From: Eledone cirrhosa
Taxonomy: Eukaryota
Assembly: GCA_964016885.1 (NCBI GenBank)
Contig: OZ024761.1
Coordinates: 5,022,001 to 5,086,000 of the forward strand
DNA: 64,000 nt
Reading direction: 5' to 3'
A program made the translations under genes and the position numbers. The notes beneath the pieces are model-generated. The model did no database searches. It was not told the origin of the DNA and saw only the letters and a program-made list of their open reading frames with translations. This document shows, piece after piece, positions 35,625-49,782 of this stretch (positions within the stretch are counted from its first letter, which is position 1; every line of letters starts with the position of its first letter).

Positions 35625-37172
35625 CCCAGGACTTACATATATACAGAACATAGAGACAATAGCACTACTACTGTATATATATATTACATAGAGTACCCCA
35701 GGATATATATATATATAGAACATAGAGACAATAGCACTACTACTGTATATATATATATTACATAGAGTATCTCAGAATATATATATAGAACATAGAGACA
35801 ATAGCACTACTACTGTATATATATATTACATAGAGTATCTCAGGATATATATATATATATATAGAACATAGAGACAATAGCACTACTACTGTATATATAT
35901 TACATAGAGTACCTCAGAATATATATATATAGAACATAGAGACAATAGCACTACTACTGTATATATATATTACATAGAGTATCTCAGAATATATATATAT
36001 AGAACATAGAGACAATAGCACTACTACTGTATATATATTACATAGAGTACCTCAGAATATATATATATATAGAACATAGAGACAATAGCACTACTACTGT
36101 ATATATATATTACATAGAGTACCCCAGGATATATATATATATATATATATAGAACATAGAGAGGCACATGGCTTAGAGCATTGGACTTGCAATCGAAAGG
36201 TTGTGAGTTCAATTCTCAGACCGGGTGATGTGTTGTTTCCTTGAGCAAGACACTTTATTTCACATTGCTCCAGTTTACTCAGCTGTAGAAATGAGATGAT
36301 AGGGACTGGGGTCCATATCATTCCACTGCAAAGTGGTCGTGGAGGTGCCACGGCAAAAAAGCACCCAGCACTCGCTGTAAATGAGGTTGGTGTTAGGAAG
36401 GGCATCCAGCTGTAGAAATCAAGCCAGAATCAGTTCCCGTCCCACCCTTGCAAGCAAGGAAAAGCGGATGTAAAATGATGATGATAGAGACAATAGCACT
36501 ACTACTGTATATATATATTACATAGAGTACCTCAGGGTATATATATATAGAACACAGAGACAATAACACTACTACTGTATATATATATTACATAGAGTAC
36601 CTCAGGATATATATATATATATAGAACATAGAGACAATAGCACTACTACTGTATATATATTACATAGAGTACCCCAGGACTTACAAATATATGTATAACA
36701 GAGAAAATAGCACTACTAATGTATATATATTACATAGAGTACCTCATCATCATCATCATCATCATTTTACGTCCGCTTTTCCCTGCTTGCAAGGGTGGGA
36801 CGGGTCTTATTCAGCACAGCATCTCTCCACTTGTCACGGTCCTTCGTCATCTCCACCGTGAGCTTCAGCAATTTGAGGTCTGTTCACACCACCTCCGCGC
36901 ATGTTTTTCGTGGTCTACCTCTACTATGTACTGTATATATATTACATGTAGTACCTCAGGATTTATAAATATATAGAACATACAGAAAATAGCACTACTA
37001 CTGTATATATATTACACAGAGTACTTCAGGACTTATATATATAAAGAACAGAGAAAATAGCACTACTAGGTACTGTATATATATTACATAGAGTACTCCA
37101 GGACTTATATATATAACAGAGAATATAGCGTTACTAGGTATACTGTATGTATTTATATTACAAAGAGTACTC
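35625..37172. repeat. ~60-bp minisatellite with variable (TA)n, interrupted by a SINE and an RTE tail
   Basis: AGAACATAGAGACAATAGCACTACTACTGTATATATATTACATAGAGTA units. Confidence 0.85.
36161..36485 (+). mobile_element. tRNA-derived SINE (same family as 12775)
   Basis: Near-identical sequence with a short deletion in the A box. Confidence 0.88.
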
Positions 37173-37610
37173 TAAATACAATAGAAACAACACTGCACAA
37201 TGAAAATATAACTAATAATAATTCAACAAAGGGATTCTTTATGTTGAAATATTAGGGACTAATTAAATACAGACCAAAGTAAACATTCCAACATCTTTCT
37301 TGTTATTTATAATATTTAATGTCCTAATCACATTATTGAAGCAGTCTTGAAAACAAAAAGACCATTTTTCTACACTTCCACAATGTTTCAAGCAAACATA
37401 TATAACTAAGACCGTAAATTGATTTAATTTACAAGTAAATACAACCAGAATTTAAACCAAAGCCAGCCTCGACCCCAAGCAAACCATACATCTATATTTG
37501 ACCCCAAACATCAAAAGATATTGTTGGACAGGTTTTCTACAGTTGGATGTCCTTCCTAACCCCAACTACTTTACAGAGGGTAATCATATATGATGATGAA
37601 AGTCACATAC

Positions 37611-37747
37611 CTGAGGCCATTTTTCTGGGATGATGTCAAATAAATCATCTTTCACGTCTCCTTGTATTACAATCTCATCAGCAGTCACTGATGATCCACA
37701 AGAGAATTTAGTGGCAAAATATTTGCTGGCTTCTTTGAGATCAATAT
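37611..37747 (-). CDS. DENR: DENR exon, SUI1 domain ([46 protein letters not shown])
   Basis: KFSCG.SV..DEI.IQGD signature; ctacag|AT...CAG|gtatgt, 137 nt. Confidence 0.95.
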
Positions 37748-38526
37748 CTGTAGAAATATATGTTATAAAGATCAATATCTGTAGAAATATGTTATAAGAC
37801 TGTGTCACATCAAACTCTTTAGATCAATATCTGTAGAAATATGTTATAAGACTGTGTAATATCAAACTCTTTAGATCAATATCTGTAAAAATATGTTATA
37901 ATACTGTGTCACATCAAACTCTTTAGATCAATATCTGTAGAAATATGTTATAATACTGTGTCACATCAAACTCTTTAGATCAATATCTGTAGAAATATGT
38001 TATAATACTGTGTCACATCAAACTCTTTAGATCAATATCTGTAGAAATATGTTATAATACTGTGTCACATCAAACTCTTTAGATCAATATCTGTAGAAAT
38101 ATGTTATAATACTGTGTCACATCAAACTCTTTAGATCAATATCTGTAGAAATATGTTATAATACTGTGTCACATCAAACTCTTTAGATCAATATCTGTAG
38201 AAATATGTTATAATACTGTGTCACATCAAACTCTTTAGATCAATATCTGTAGAAATATGTTATAAGACTGTGTAATATCAAACTCTTTAGATCAATATCT
38301 GTAGAAATATGTTATAAGACTGTGTAATATCAAACTCTTTAGATCAATATCTGTAGAAATATGTTATAATACTGTGTCACATCAAACTCTTTAGATCAAT
38401 ATCTGTAAAAATATGTTATAATACTGTGTCACATCAAACTCTTTAGATCAATATCTGTAGAAATATGTTATAATACTGTGTCACATCAAACTGTTTAGAT
38501 CAATATCTGTAGAAATATGTTATAAG
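37738..38526 (-). repeat. 52-bp minisatellite (~15 copies) containing the DENR splice acceptor plus 10 exon nt
   Basis: AGATCAATATCTGTAGAAAT (minus: ATTTCTACAG|ATATTGATCT) at 37738, 37769, then every 52 nt to 38497. Confidence 0.95.
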
Positions 38527-39863
38527 ATAGTCTAAAGTCTCAAGTCTGGAGGTTCATAAGGCTAGTGCTTATCCCAGTTTCCTTGGTGTGAAGTGACAGA
38601 GCAAAAGACTCCCCCCTGGACAGGACACCAGTCCATCGCAGGATTAAACCACCAGTTATTGCTGGTACTCATATTTAGCTGAGTATACTGGAGCAACGTG
38701 AAATGAAGTGTTGTGCTCAAGAACACAACACGCAACCAAGTCCAGGAATCAAACCCATGTCATTATGATTGTAAGTCCAACACCCTTACTACTAGGCTAC
38801 ACAACTCTACTTTTAAGTCAGTGTAACATCAAAAATATTTGTTTTTTTAGATCAATATCTGTAGATATCAATCTAAAATTTGAAATGGGAGGGGGTGAGG
38901 GCATATTGTCTATATGCATCAGCTTGTACTTGTGAGAAGTCAGGTCTGCACAATACTCAATTTATCCAAGCTTCTTCCTCTACCCGCCCAAGTTCCCATC
39001 CCACACCAAGTGGTCCCTCTGGAACCATGACAAAAAGCACCCAGCCCTCACTATAAAGTGGTCATGTATGTGTCAGGACAAAAGCACCCAGCCCTCACTA
39101 TAAAGTGGTCATCTATGTGTCAGGACAAAAGCACCCAGCCCTCACTATAAAGTGGTCATCTATGTGTCAAGACAAAAGCACCCAGCCCTCACTATAAAGT
39201 GGTCATGTAGGTGTCCTGACAAAAAGTGCCCAGCCCACACTGTAAATGTGGTGGGCGTTAGGAAGGGCATCCAGCCATAGAAACCAAGCCAAAATCAGTT
39301 GTGTGTGTGTGTGAATCACAGTCCTCCAACTTGATCTCTCACAAAGGGACAGTCTATCCTACCCATGCTAGCGTGGAAGATGGACATTAAACTATGATGA
39401 TGATGATGATTTATGCTCTATCATTCTCATTCCCTCTTTCTTCTCTCTCTATCTCTTCCATCTCTCATCATATACACTCTATGCCTTTTCTTCTCTCCCT
39501 CTTAACTTTTTTCCTTCTTTTCTCTCTCTTCTCTGACCACTCTTCCGTTCATTAAGCAGTTTTATTTACCCCAAATCTTTGCTATGATCTTAGTTTTACA
39601 GCTACTTCCATGTTTCAGATTCCTACATATGAGATATTTACACTCAACGCTCCAAATCATTTCACAAATATCTTTGTTTTAAAATGTTTGTATTTATCAA
39701 ATAACTTTCCGTTATAATTTAATTAACATTTGTTGAAAACAACTTAATGAGAAATTTAATTATACTACTAAATTCACCCATCCAAAGTCTCAAATATTTT
39801 CAAACTTATTTGAAAATAATAGTCAGTCCTTTAATTAGAAATACGGTATCTTTAACTACTTAA

Positions 39864-40426
39864 CCCTTTAGCATTTAAACTGGACATATCCGGCTAGAAT
39901 TGTCTCACCTCTTTCTATTCAAACCGGCTATAACTGGCCACTCATACTGATGATAAGGTATTGTTCTTAAAATAAATAATATCAAACTCTCATAGATTCG
40001 ATATTATGTGAGGTAAAGTCTTTACCACAAAAGTACAATAGTATATATATACATGTCTGGCCCCATAACTCCTGATAGAGTCACAGGGGTGCCATATTGA
40101 CATACAATATTTCTTGGGCATTTTAAGCCTGGCAGAGCCCATCCTTCTCCAGGCCGCAGTACAGCAGATTTCCTCCAGAGAAAAATAGAAAGTGAGAGAG
40201 AGGAAATGAGAAAGAGATATAGAGGAAGAATCAACCCTAGTAGTAGACTGGTACTTTTTTTTTTTATAGATCTCGAAAGGATGAAAGGCAAAGTTGACCT
40301 CGGTGGGATTTGAAATCAGAGAGCAGAGAGCTGGAACTAATACCATAAAACATTCCATCTGACATTCTAAAGACTGTCAATTTGCTGCCTATAATAGTGT
40401 AATGGAGTAATGTCAAGGTTAAAGGG
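39864..40426. mobile_element. piggyBac-type MITE carrying a nested SINE (~40053-40390 -)
   Basis: TTAA-CCCTTTAGCATTTAAACTGG ... AAAGGG-TTAA; internal Nin-like SINE. Confidence 0.65.
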
Positions 40427-41088
40427 TTAATACTTTAAATGATCTCTTATAAGAATCAAACTCATTGATTTAACACTAATGTTGTTATTTTCACTAGTAA
40501 ACAGATTTTCAATCACTGCTGTTGTTTAACCTCATTCAGACCCCCCCCCCCCCCCTTCATGTACAGCTGCCACCACCACAATCATCACTACTATAACCAC
40601 CACCACCACTGCTACTACTACTATAACTACCACCACCACTGCCACTACTACTATAACTACCACCACCACTGCCACTACTACTATAACTAACACCACTACT
40701 GCCACTACTACTATAACTACCACCACCACTGCCACTACTACTATAACTAACACCACTACTACTATAACTACCACCACCACTGCCACTACTACTATAACTA
40801 CCACCACCACTGCCACTACTACTATAACTACTACCACCACCACCACTACTATAACAACCACCACCACCACCACCACTACTACTATAACCACCACCACTGC
40901 TACTACTACTACTATAACCATCACTACTATAACCACTACCACCACCACCACTACTACTACTATAACAACCACCAACACCACCACTACTACTACTATAACA
41001 ACCACCAACACCACCACCACCCATTCTCAGTACATAATATATATTAAAAACATCAACAATCAACCAGCAATAATGATGTGGAACCTAC

Positions 41089-41262
41089 CATAAGTAGCAA
41101 GTCCTGCAACAATGGTAACTCTCTTCTTCTTGCCTCTTGTAGCTGTGGACAGCTTTAAACCTTGTGGCTCACTTTTCTTTTTAGCCTTTATCACACCTCG
41201 TCCTCCCCTAGTCTGTCTCTTCTTCTTCTCTTCAGTTTCCTCTGATCCTAAATTTTCATCAC
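41089..41262 (-). CDS. DENR: DENR exon (GDENLGSEETEEKKKRQTRGGRGVIKAKKK...RGKKKRVTIVAGLATY)
   Basis: KKQxRGGRG motif; gttcag|GT...TATG|gtaggt, 174 nt, phase-consistent. Confidence 0.95.
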
Positions 41263-41348
41263 CTGAACAATAAACACAAAGTCAACATGATAATGAGAAA
41301 ATGGAAACAATTTGTTGAAGGAGTGAGTTAGTATCATTGGGTGACAGG

Positions 41349-41653
41349 CAGGGTCGGCGTTATCATATAGGCAAACTTGGCAGCTGCCTAGGGCGCTGAT
41401 TTTAGGGGAAGGGGGGGGCTCATTTCTCCAAATCAAGAACAATTTTTTAAAATAAATAAATAAATTTCAGTTTTATTGAGGGTTGTATATTATCCTGGTT
41501 TATTTCATACGGGGACAAATAAATGTTGAAAAACATTTTTAAAAAAAATTTATTGTTTATAAATTTTGAAATTCATATTTTCCTTGGGAGGGGGCGTGTG
41601 GGTGCCAAAATTTAACCTTGCCTAAGGTGCCAGATAGTCTGGCATTGGCCCTG
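41349..41653. mobile_element. Old hAT-like MITE
   Basis: CAGGGTCGGC ... ATTGGCCCTG ends with subterminal TGCCTAGGGCGC/TGCCTAAGGTGC; no clean 8-bp TSD. Confidence 0.5.
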
Positions 41654-41687
41654 GTTGTATGTCACTACTTTGGATGTGATTGACTGA

Positions 41688-42357
41688 AGCTAGAGCCTGT
41701 CCCAGTTTCATGGGGGTTAAGAATCACATGACTAGAGCTTGTCCCAGTTTCATGAGGGTTAAGAATCACATGACTAGAGCTTGTCCCAGTTTCATGAGGG
41801 TTAAGAATCACATGACTAGAGCTTGCCCCAGTTTCATGAGGGTTAAGAATCATATGACTAGAGCTTGTCCCAGTTTCATGAGGGTTAAGAATCACATGAC
41901 TAGAGCTTGTCCCAGTTTCATGAGGGTTAAGAATCACATGACTAGAGCTGGTCCCAGTTTCATGAGGGTTAAGAATCATATGACTAGAGCTTGTCCCAGT
42001 TTCATGGGGGTTAAGAATCACATGACTAGAGCTTGTCCCAGTTTCATGAGGGTTAAGAATCACATGACTAGAGCTTGTCCCAGTTTCATGAGGGTTAAGA
42101 ATCACATGACTAGAGCTTGTCCCAGTTTCATGAGGGTTAAGAATCACATGACTAGAGCTTGTCCCAGTTTCATGAGGGTTAAGAATCACATGACTAGAGC
42201 TTGTCCCAGTTTCATGAGGGTTAAGAATCACATGACTAGAGCTTGTCCCAGTTTCATGAGGGTTAAGAATCACATGACTAGAGCTTGTCCCAGTTTCATG
42301 AGGGTTAAGAATCACATGACTAAAGGTTGTCTCAGTTTCATGGAGATTAAGAATCAC
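41688..42357. repeat. 42-bp minisatellite, ~16 copies
   Basis: TGACTAGAGCTTGTCCCAGTTTCATGAGGGTTAAGAATCACA. Confidence 0.95.
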
Positions 42358-42442
42358 AAGGCTAACTCCCCAGCTGAGGTGAACTGGAGCAAAGTGACAC
42401 CTGATCTAGGAATGAAACCCATGTGTCATCACATTTGTTTAA

Positions 42443-43261
42443 CCCTTTAGCATTTACATTACAGTAAAGGCTTTACCTCACATAATTATCTCACATAATA
42501 TTGAATTTATGAGATTTTGATATTATTTAATTTGAGAACAATACCTTATCCCTTTTAGCATTTAAACCAACCATATCCGGCCAGAATTCTCTCACTTCTT
42601 TCTGTTCAAACTGGCTACCTAGCCCCTCATACCAAGGTTCTCAAAATAAATGATATCAAAATCTCATAGATTCAATATTATGTGAAGTAAAGCCTTTACC
42701 ATGAAAATACAATAGTATATATAGAGTAATGTAAATGTTATGTGAGATATTATGTGAGGTAAAGCCTTTACTGTGACAATACAATAGTATATATAGAGTA
42801 ATGTAAATGTTATGTGAGATATTATGTGAGGTAAAACCTTTACCATGAAAATACAATAGTATATATAGAGTAATGTAAATGTTATGTGAGATATTATGTG
42901 AGTAAAGCTTTTACTGTGAAAATACAATAGTATATATAGAGTAATGTAAATGTTATGCGAGATATTATGTGAGGTAAAGCCTTTACTGTGAAAATACAAT
43001 AGTATATATAGTGTAATGTAAATGTTATGTGAGATATTATGTGAGATAAAGCCTTTACTGTGAAAATACAATAGTATATATATAGAGTAATGTAAATGTT
43101 ATGTGAGATATGTGCAGTAAAGCCTTTAATGTGAAATACAATAGTATATATAGAGTAATGGTAATGGGTTAAAGTTGGTATGAGCGGCCACTTATGGCCA
43201 GTTTGAACAGAAAGAGGTGAGACAAATCTGGCTGGATATGGCCAGTTTAAATGCTAAAGGG
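42443..43261. mobile_element. piggyBac-type MITE (composite) with internal tandem array
   Basis: TTAA-CCCTTTAGCATTTA ... TAAATGCTAAAGGG-TTAA. Confidence 0.75.
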
Positions 43262-44555
43262 TTAATATCATCATCATTCTTTGTCAGCTTTTGCCATGCT
43301 TGTACGAGTTGAACAAGTCTTTTCCAAACAAAACATGACAACTGAATACTTCATCAAATATTTTTAATGAAGAAATAAATGACAACATTTATACTCAGTG
43401 ATAAATTAGACATCAAGAAAAGAAATTCACACATAATGATGAACTAACAGACTTAAATGTTGATCGAAAAGGATGAAATAACTAAAGATAACAAGGCAGG
43501 GATAATCCTTAGATTAAAACAAGGAAACTTAGTCGTCCATTATACTTTCCATTACTGTTACTACTCTGGCAGAAGAAAGATGCCAATCATCAGATTAAAC
43601 CAAGGAAACTATTGGTCTTCCATTGGTCTTTCTATTGCTGATACTCCCTGTCAGTTGCAACTCCTGGCAGAAGGAGCCCATCATAAGATTAAACCAAGGA
43701 AGCTATTTATTTTCCATTGCTGACACTCATTGTGAGTCATCACTCCTGGCAGAAGCATAACTGCTTTTTTGGTCAGAGAAATATAACATTATATTATTTT
43801 CAACACCCTGACACATGTGTGTCTGCATATGTATACATTTATATGTATGAGTATATAAATATATACGTGTAAACACAGACACACTTACAGATACACAAAC
43901 ACACACATATATTCACACAAACATTCACACAAACACACACATACATTCACACAAACACACATACATTCACACAAACAATAATTATTACATACGCAGTGTT
44001 CTATGTATGAGTATATAAATATAAACACACAAACACACATGCACTCACACACATATATACTAACTCAAACACACACACACACAGCATTTCACCATCCCCT
44101 TCCTTCCTTTTACACACAGGCAGTAGAGGTAAAGAGAGAGGAGTAGTATGAGGTAGTCAAACTACACCTCTCTCTTTACATGTTGTGACAGAATCGCAAA
44201 AATTTATATATAGATAAACCACTGTAAAGTGGTCATGTAAGTGTCACAACAAAAAGTAGCCAGTCCACACTGTAAAGTGGTTGTGTAGGTGTCACAACAA
44301 AAAGCACCTAGTACACACTGTAAAGTGGTCATGTAGGAGACATGGTAAAAAGGCTCCCAGTCCACACTGTAAAAGTGGTTGGTGTTAGGAAGGACATCCA
44401 GCCATAGAAGACTTGCCTGGGACAGTTCTGTACGAGCGAGACACGGTCACCCGACCAATCTCACTTCAAGTGGGGCAAAGCCATTCAACCCATGCTAGCG
44501 TGGAAGATAGACGTTAAACGATGATGATGATGATGATGATGATGAAAGCACCTAC

Positions 44556-44646
44556 CTTTGCCTGCCATCAGTTTTTTGAATTGATCAGGCATGTGTTTTT
44601 CAAGCCAAACTTTACACCTCTCATAATTTGGATAATATTCACAGTA
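44556..44646 (-). CDS. DENR: DENR exon (YCEYYPNYERCKVWLEKHMPDQFKKLMAGK)
   Basis: YCEY..C..WL.K motif; ttgtag|TAC...AAAG|gtaggt, 91 nt. Confidence 0.95.
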
Positions 44647-45056
44647 CTACAAAGAACCAAACAGAAATTATCAGAGATTTAAGCAAAAGAAATCACATTC
44701 AACAAAGGATTAGAAAATATGAAATATCTTAAACTTATTCATGGGAGGGTTGTGGAGGCAGTATACTTAGACATGCCTTCCTGAGGGTCCTTTCAGAAGC
44801 AACTGTCCCCAAATGAGACCAACTGAGTTCATGGATGTTATCTAAAGTTTTGCCCAGGGTCTAATCCTGCGTCTCCAGCCAGTTGGCATTGCCTGTAAAA
44901 ATCTGTCCAGTGATTCTTTCCTTAGACATTCTAACCACATGTTAGTAGTATCGAAGCAGTGGATCTACCTGGAGCAACTCTCTTCAACCTTCAGTTGTGA
45001 TGGAGGGTGGGGCTAGGAGTGAGGGAGTAGATGACACAACAGTAAACTGTACTTAC

Positions 45057-45076
45057 CTCCACTGGCATCGTACATT
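45057..45076 (-). CDS. DENR: DENR 20-nt microexon (E-CTMPVE)
   Basis: ctacag|AATGTACGATGCCAGTGGAG|gtaagt; completes YCGxCxxPxEYC. Confidence 0.9.
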
Positions 45077-45314
45077 CTGTAGAGAATAAAAAATAAGTAT
45101 TAAGAAAGAAATGAAGCAGAAATTCTTATTTTTACATTTTATATCACAGACCAAACATAGAATTACCAAATTTACTTATTTTATCTTAATTCATCACCAT
45201 CACTGATTAATGCCCATATTCCATGCTTGCATGGGTTAGATGGGTTGTCACATGTTGAAGCTAGACTTGTCAGGTGACTATGTCGCGCTCACATGCTCCA
45301 TTTTTGGCATAGTT

Positions 45315-46170
45315 TTCCTAACACCAACACCTTTACAGCATGTACTGGGAGCAAGGTTTCTACAACTAGATACCCTTCTACCCTTCCTAACACCAACCAC
45401 TTTACAGAGTGTACTGGGAGGGTAGTTTCTATGGCTGTATGTCCTTCAAAACACCAACCACTTTACAGAGTGTACTGGGAGCAAGGTTTCTACAACTAGA
45501 TGACCTTCCTAACACCAACCACTTTACAGAGTGTACTGGGAGCAAGGTTTCTACAACTAGATGACCTTCCTAACACCAACCACTTTACAGAGTGTACTGG
45601 GAGCAAGGTTTCTACAACTAGATGACCTTCCTAATACCAACCATTTTACAGCATGTACTGGGAGAGTAGTTTCTACAACTAGATGACCTTCCTAACACCA
45701 ACCACTTTACAGCATGTACTGGGAGCAAGGTTTCTACAACTAGATGACCTTCCTAACACCAACCACTTTACAGAGTGTACTGGGAGCAAGGTTTCTACAA
45801 CTAGATGACCTTCCTAACACCAACCACTTTACAGAGTGTACTGGGAGCAAGGTTTCTACAACTAGATGACCTTCCTAACACCAACCATTTTACAGCATGT
45901 ACTGGGAGAGTAGTTTCTACAACTAGATGACCTTCCTAACACCAACCACTTTACAGCATGTACTGGGAGAGTAGTTTCTACAACTAGATGACCTTCCTAA
46001 CACCAACCACTTTACAGAGTGTACTGGGAGCAAGGTTTCTACAACTAGATGACCATCCTAACACCAACCATTTTACAGCATGTACTGGGAGAGTAGTTTC
46101 TACAACTAGATGACCTTCCTAACACCAACCACTTTACAGAGTGTACTGGGAGCAAGGTTTCTATGGCTGG
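45315..46170. repeat. 61-bp minisatellite derived from the SINE/RTE tail
   Basis: TTCCTAACACCAACCACTTTACAGAGTGTACTGGGAGCAAGGTTTCTACAACTAGATGACC, about 13 copies. Confidence 0.92.
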
Positions 46171-46235
46171 ATGCCCTGACAGATTATCTCTTGGGAAGAA
46201 TTACTCCCAGTAAAAAGCAATTGTAATAAATTTAC

Positions 46236-46326
46236 CTCCACAATATAAAACTTCAATGGGATAGTTTAAATCTTTTCGTGGACCTTCATAGACAAAAAAT
46301 TTTGAGTTCTCCATAATTGTTGTCAT
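46236..46326 (-). CDS. DENR: DENR first coding exon (MTTIMENSKFFVYEGPRKDLNYPIEVLYCG)
   Basis: ttccag|A-ATG...GGAG|gtaaat; YPxxVLYCG motif. The six exons total 558 nt (185 aa plus stop). Confidence 0.9.
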
Positions 46327-46699
46327 TCTGGAAAAAAGAATTAAAAGAAACCTTTTCAATAAAACATTCTTTATAATGACAGATCAACCTATACCTGATA
46401 GAAACAGAAGCCAAATCTCCCTCATATTCTTTATAATGACAGAACAACCCAGACCTGATAGAAATAGAAGCCAAATCTCCCTCAAATTTCACCCTACAGT
46501 CTTTAAACAAGAGACATTGGATGTGGTTTTAGGTTCTTTGTACATAAAGCCATTATTAAAAGGTAACACAAGAAATACTTGAGTCACCACAGAGGAGATG
46601 AAACAAAGTAAAAGCGAATGGAGATACTGCCATGAAGAATTGTCAGAAACGAATGTAAGGAGAAATGGTGTTATCTATCTAGTACAGGTAAAATTCCTG

Positions 46700-47470
46700 A
46701 GATCCATGCACGAGTTCTCTCCAGTGGTCTCTGTCCTTCATTATCGCTGCCATGTCCTGCATCTCCCAGAGACCAGTGTCTGTCCTTAGGGCAATCAACC
46801 TCGGTCTCCTTCTTCTAGTGTGTCAATGCAGGGGCTCCCACAGGAGCACTGAGTGCAGTGTCAACTCTGAATGTCTGTGAGCATGTCCAGCTAACCTCAG
46901 TCTCCTCTGTGTTATTTTCGAGCTGACGTTTGGGAGGCTCCCATACAGCTCTGAGTTCTTCATCCTCAGTGTTTACTGATTCATGTTCAGAGCCATCCTC
47001 AGCATTCTCGTGTAGCACCCATCCACCATCTGAGTGGGTTGCTTGGTCAGTGTTCAAGTCTCAGACCCATACAGCAGCACAGACTCCACTGTAGTGACGA
47101 AGAGTCCGATCTTCAGGTTTTTATGATGGTCTGACTTCCACAACTACCTCAAACTATGACACACTGCCTAGGCTTTGCTCTTCCTTTCCACCACATCATC
47201 CTCTATGTTCCCAAACTTTGCTCCCAGATAGAGGGAGTCCTCAACCAACTCTAGCAAATTCCCGCCTACATTCAGGAGAGTTAAGGCTAAAAAGATATGA
47301 TGCTGAATTTGCTGACGACATAGTTCTGGTGACAAACACAGTGAAGGACGCAGAGGAGTTGATGGAGGAGGTGGAGGCTGTGTCGATGAGAGTAGGGCTG
47401 AGAATGAATGAGATTAAGATGGAAGTATCTGGTAGAGAATATTAAGAAGCCAGAGAAGATTACGAATGGT
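46700..47470. mobile_element. Degraded LINE RT fragments in opposite orientations
   Basis: Plus strand AEFADDIVLV..VGLRMNE (47290-47420); minus-strand remnants with LLYGSETWTL-like sequence near 47060. Confidence 0.6.
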
Positions 47471-47477
47471 GCTATAA

Positions 47478-48940
47478 GTAATGGTATGGTAGGAAATGTA
47501 AGGTGTAATGGTATGGTAGGAAATGCAAGGTGTAATGGTATGGTAGGAAATGTAAGGTGTAATGGTATGGTAGGAAATGTAAGGTGTAATGGTATGGTAG
47601 GAAATGTTAGGTGTAATGGTATGGTAGGAAATGTAAAGTGTAATGGTATGGTAGGAAATGTAAGGTGTAATGGTATGGTAGGGAATGTAAGGTGTAATGG
47701 TATGGTAGGAAATGTAAGGTGTAATGGTATGGTAGGAAATGTAAGGTGTAATGGTATGGTAGGAAATGTTAGGTGTAATGGTATGGTAGGAAATGTAAAG
47801 TGTAATGGTATGGTAGGAAATGTTAGGTGTAATGGTATGGTAGGAAATGTAAAGTGTAATGGTATGGTAGGAAATGTAAGGTGTAATGGTATGGTAGGGA
47901 ATGTAAGGTGTAATGGTATGGTAGGAAATGTAAGGTGTAATGGTATGGTAGGAAATGTAAGGTGTAATGGTATGGTAGGAAATGTTAGGTGTAATGGTAT
48001 GGTAGGAAATGTAAAGTGTAATGGTATGGTAGGAAATGTAAGGTGTAATGGTATGGTAGGGAATGTAAGGTGTAATGGTATGGTAGGAAATGTAAGGTGT
48101 AATGGTATGGTAGGGAATGTAAGGTGTAATGGTATGGTAGGGAATGTAGGGAGTAGTGGTACTATAAGGAATGGTATGGTAGGAAATGTAAGGTGTAATG
48201 GTATGGTAGGGAATGTAAGGTGTAATGGTATGGTAGGGAATGTAAGGTGTAATGGTATGGTAGGAAATGTTAGGTGTAATGGTATGGTAGGAAATGTAAA
48301 GTGTAATGGTATGGTAGGAAATGTAAGGTGTAATGGTATGGTAGGGAATGTAAGGTGTAATGGTATGGTAGGGAATGTAAGGTGTAATGGTATGGTAGGG
48401 AATGTAGGGAGTAGTGGTACTATAAGGAATGGTATGGTAGGAAATGTAAGGTGTAATGGTATGGTAGGAAATGTAGTGAGTAATGGTATGGTAGGAAATG
48501 TAAGGTGTAATGGTATGGTAGGAAATGTAAGGTATAATGGTATGGTAGGAAATGTAAGGTGTAATGGTATGGTAGGAAATGTAAGGTGTAATGGTATGGT
48601 AGGAAATGTAAGGTGTAATGGTATGGTAGGAAATGTAAGGTGTAATGGTATGGTAGGAAATGTAGGGAGTAGTGGTACTATAAGGAATGGTATGGTAGGA
48701 AATGTAAGGTGTAATGGTATGGTAGGAAATGTAAGGTGTAATGGTATGGTAGGAAATGTAAAGTGTAATGGTATGGTAGGAAATGTTAGGTGTAATGGTA
48801 TGGTAGGAAATGTAAGGTGTAATGGTATGGTAGGAAATGTTAGGTGTAATGGTATGGTAGGAAATGTAGGGAGTAGTGGTACTATAAGGAATGGTATGGT
48901 AGGAAATGTTAGATGTAGTAGTACTATAAGGAATGTTATG
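47478..48940. repeat. 27-bp minisatellite, ~50 copies
   Basis: AATGGTATGGTAGGAAATGTAAGGTGT. Confidence 0.95.
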
Positions 48941-49365
48941 GTAGTAACTGAAATATGTAGTTTAGTTAGTGGTAATCCTTGACTTCGAAATATCTCATCC
49001 AATTCGCAGTATTTGTTATGTATATAATTAGGGTAATGGTTAGGGTTACATTGTCACCTTGTGTGAATGTATGCATGGATGATCTTGTATCTCATGAAGT
49101 AGTACTAGGGGTCTCGTATTGACATACAGTGTTTGGGGGTAACTTTTAAACCTGGTGGAGCCCATCCCTCTCCAGACCTGAATACAGCAGATTTCCTCCA
49201 GAGAAAGATTGAGTAAGAGAAAGGAAGCGAGAAAGAGATATAGAGGAAGAATTGACCTCAGTACTTGACTGGTATTTTTTTTTATCGACTTCAAATGGAT
49301 AAAAGGTAAAGTTGACCTCGGTGGCGTTTGAACTCAGGGAAGAGCCGGAACGAATACTGCAAAGC

Positions 49366-49782
49366 ATTCTATCTGACGTTCTAACAACGTTATAACAACT
49401 CTACCATTCTATCTGACATTCTAACAACCCTACCATTCTATCCGACGTTCTAACCACTCTACCATTCTATCTGACATTCTAACAACTCTACCATTCTATC
49501 TGACGTTCTAACCACTCTACCATTCTATCTGACATTCTAACCACTCTACCATTCTATCTGACGTTCTAACCACTTTACCATTCTATCTGACGTTCTAACA
49601 ACTCTACCATTCTATCTGACGTTCTCACCACCCTACCATTCTATCTGACGTTCTAACAACTCTACCATTCTATCCGACGTTCTAACAACTCTACCATTCT
49701 ATCCGACGTTCTAACCACTCTACCATTCTATCTGACGTTCTAACAACTCTACCATTCTATCTGACGTTCTAACCACTCTGCC
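49366..49782. repeat. 29-bp minisatellite expanded from the head of the adjacent SINE (49100-49380 -)
   Basis: TTCTATCTGACGTTCTAACAACTCTACCA, about 13 copies, continuous with the SINE. Confidence 0.88.

Noticed and set aside
41665-42450. 230-aa and 256-aa ORFs with 14-aa repeats
   Set aside because: A 42-bp intronic minisatellite in DENR; open only because the unit length is a multiple of 3.
47287-49002. 571-aa and 524-aa repetitive ORFs on both strands
   Set aside because: A 27-bp stop-free minisatellite fused to a LINE fragment; no splice or domain support.
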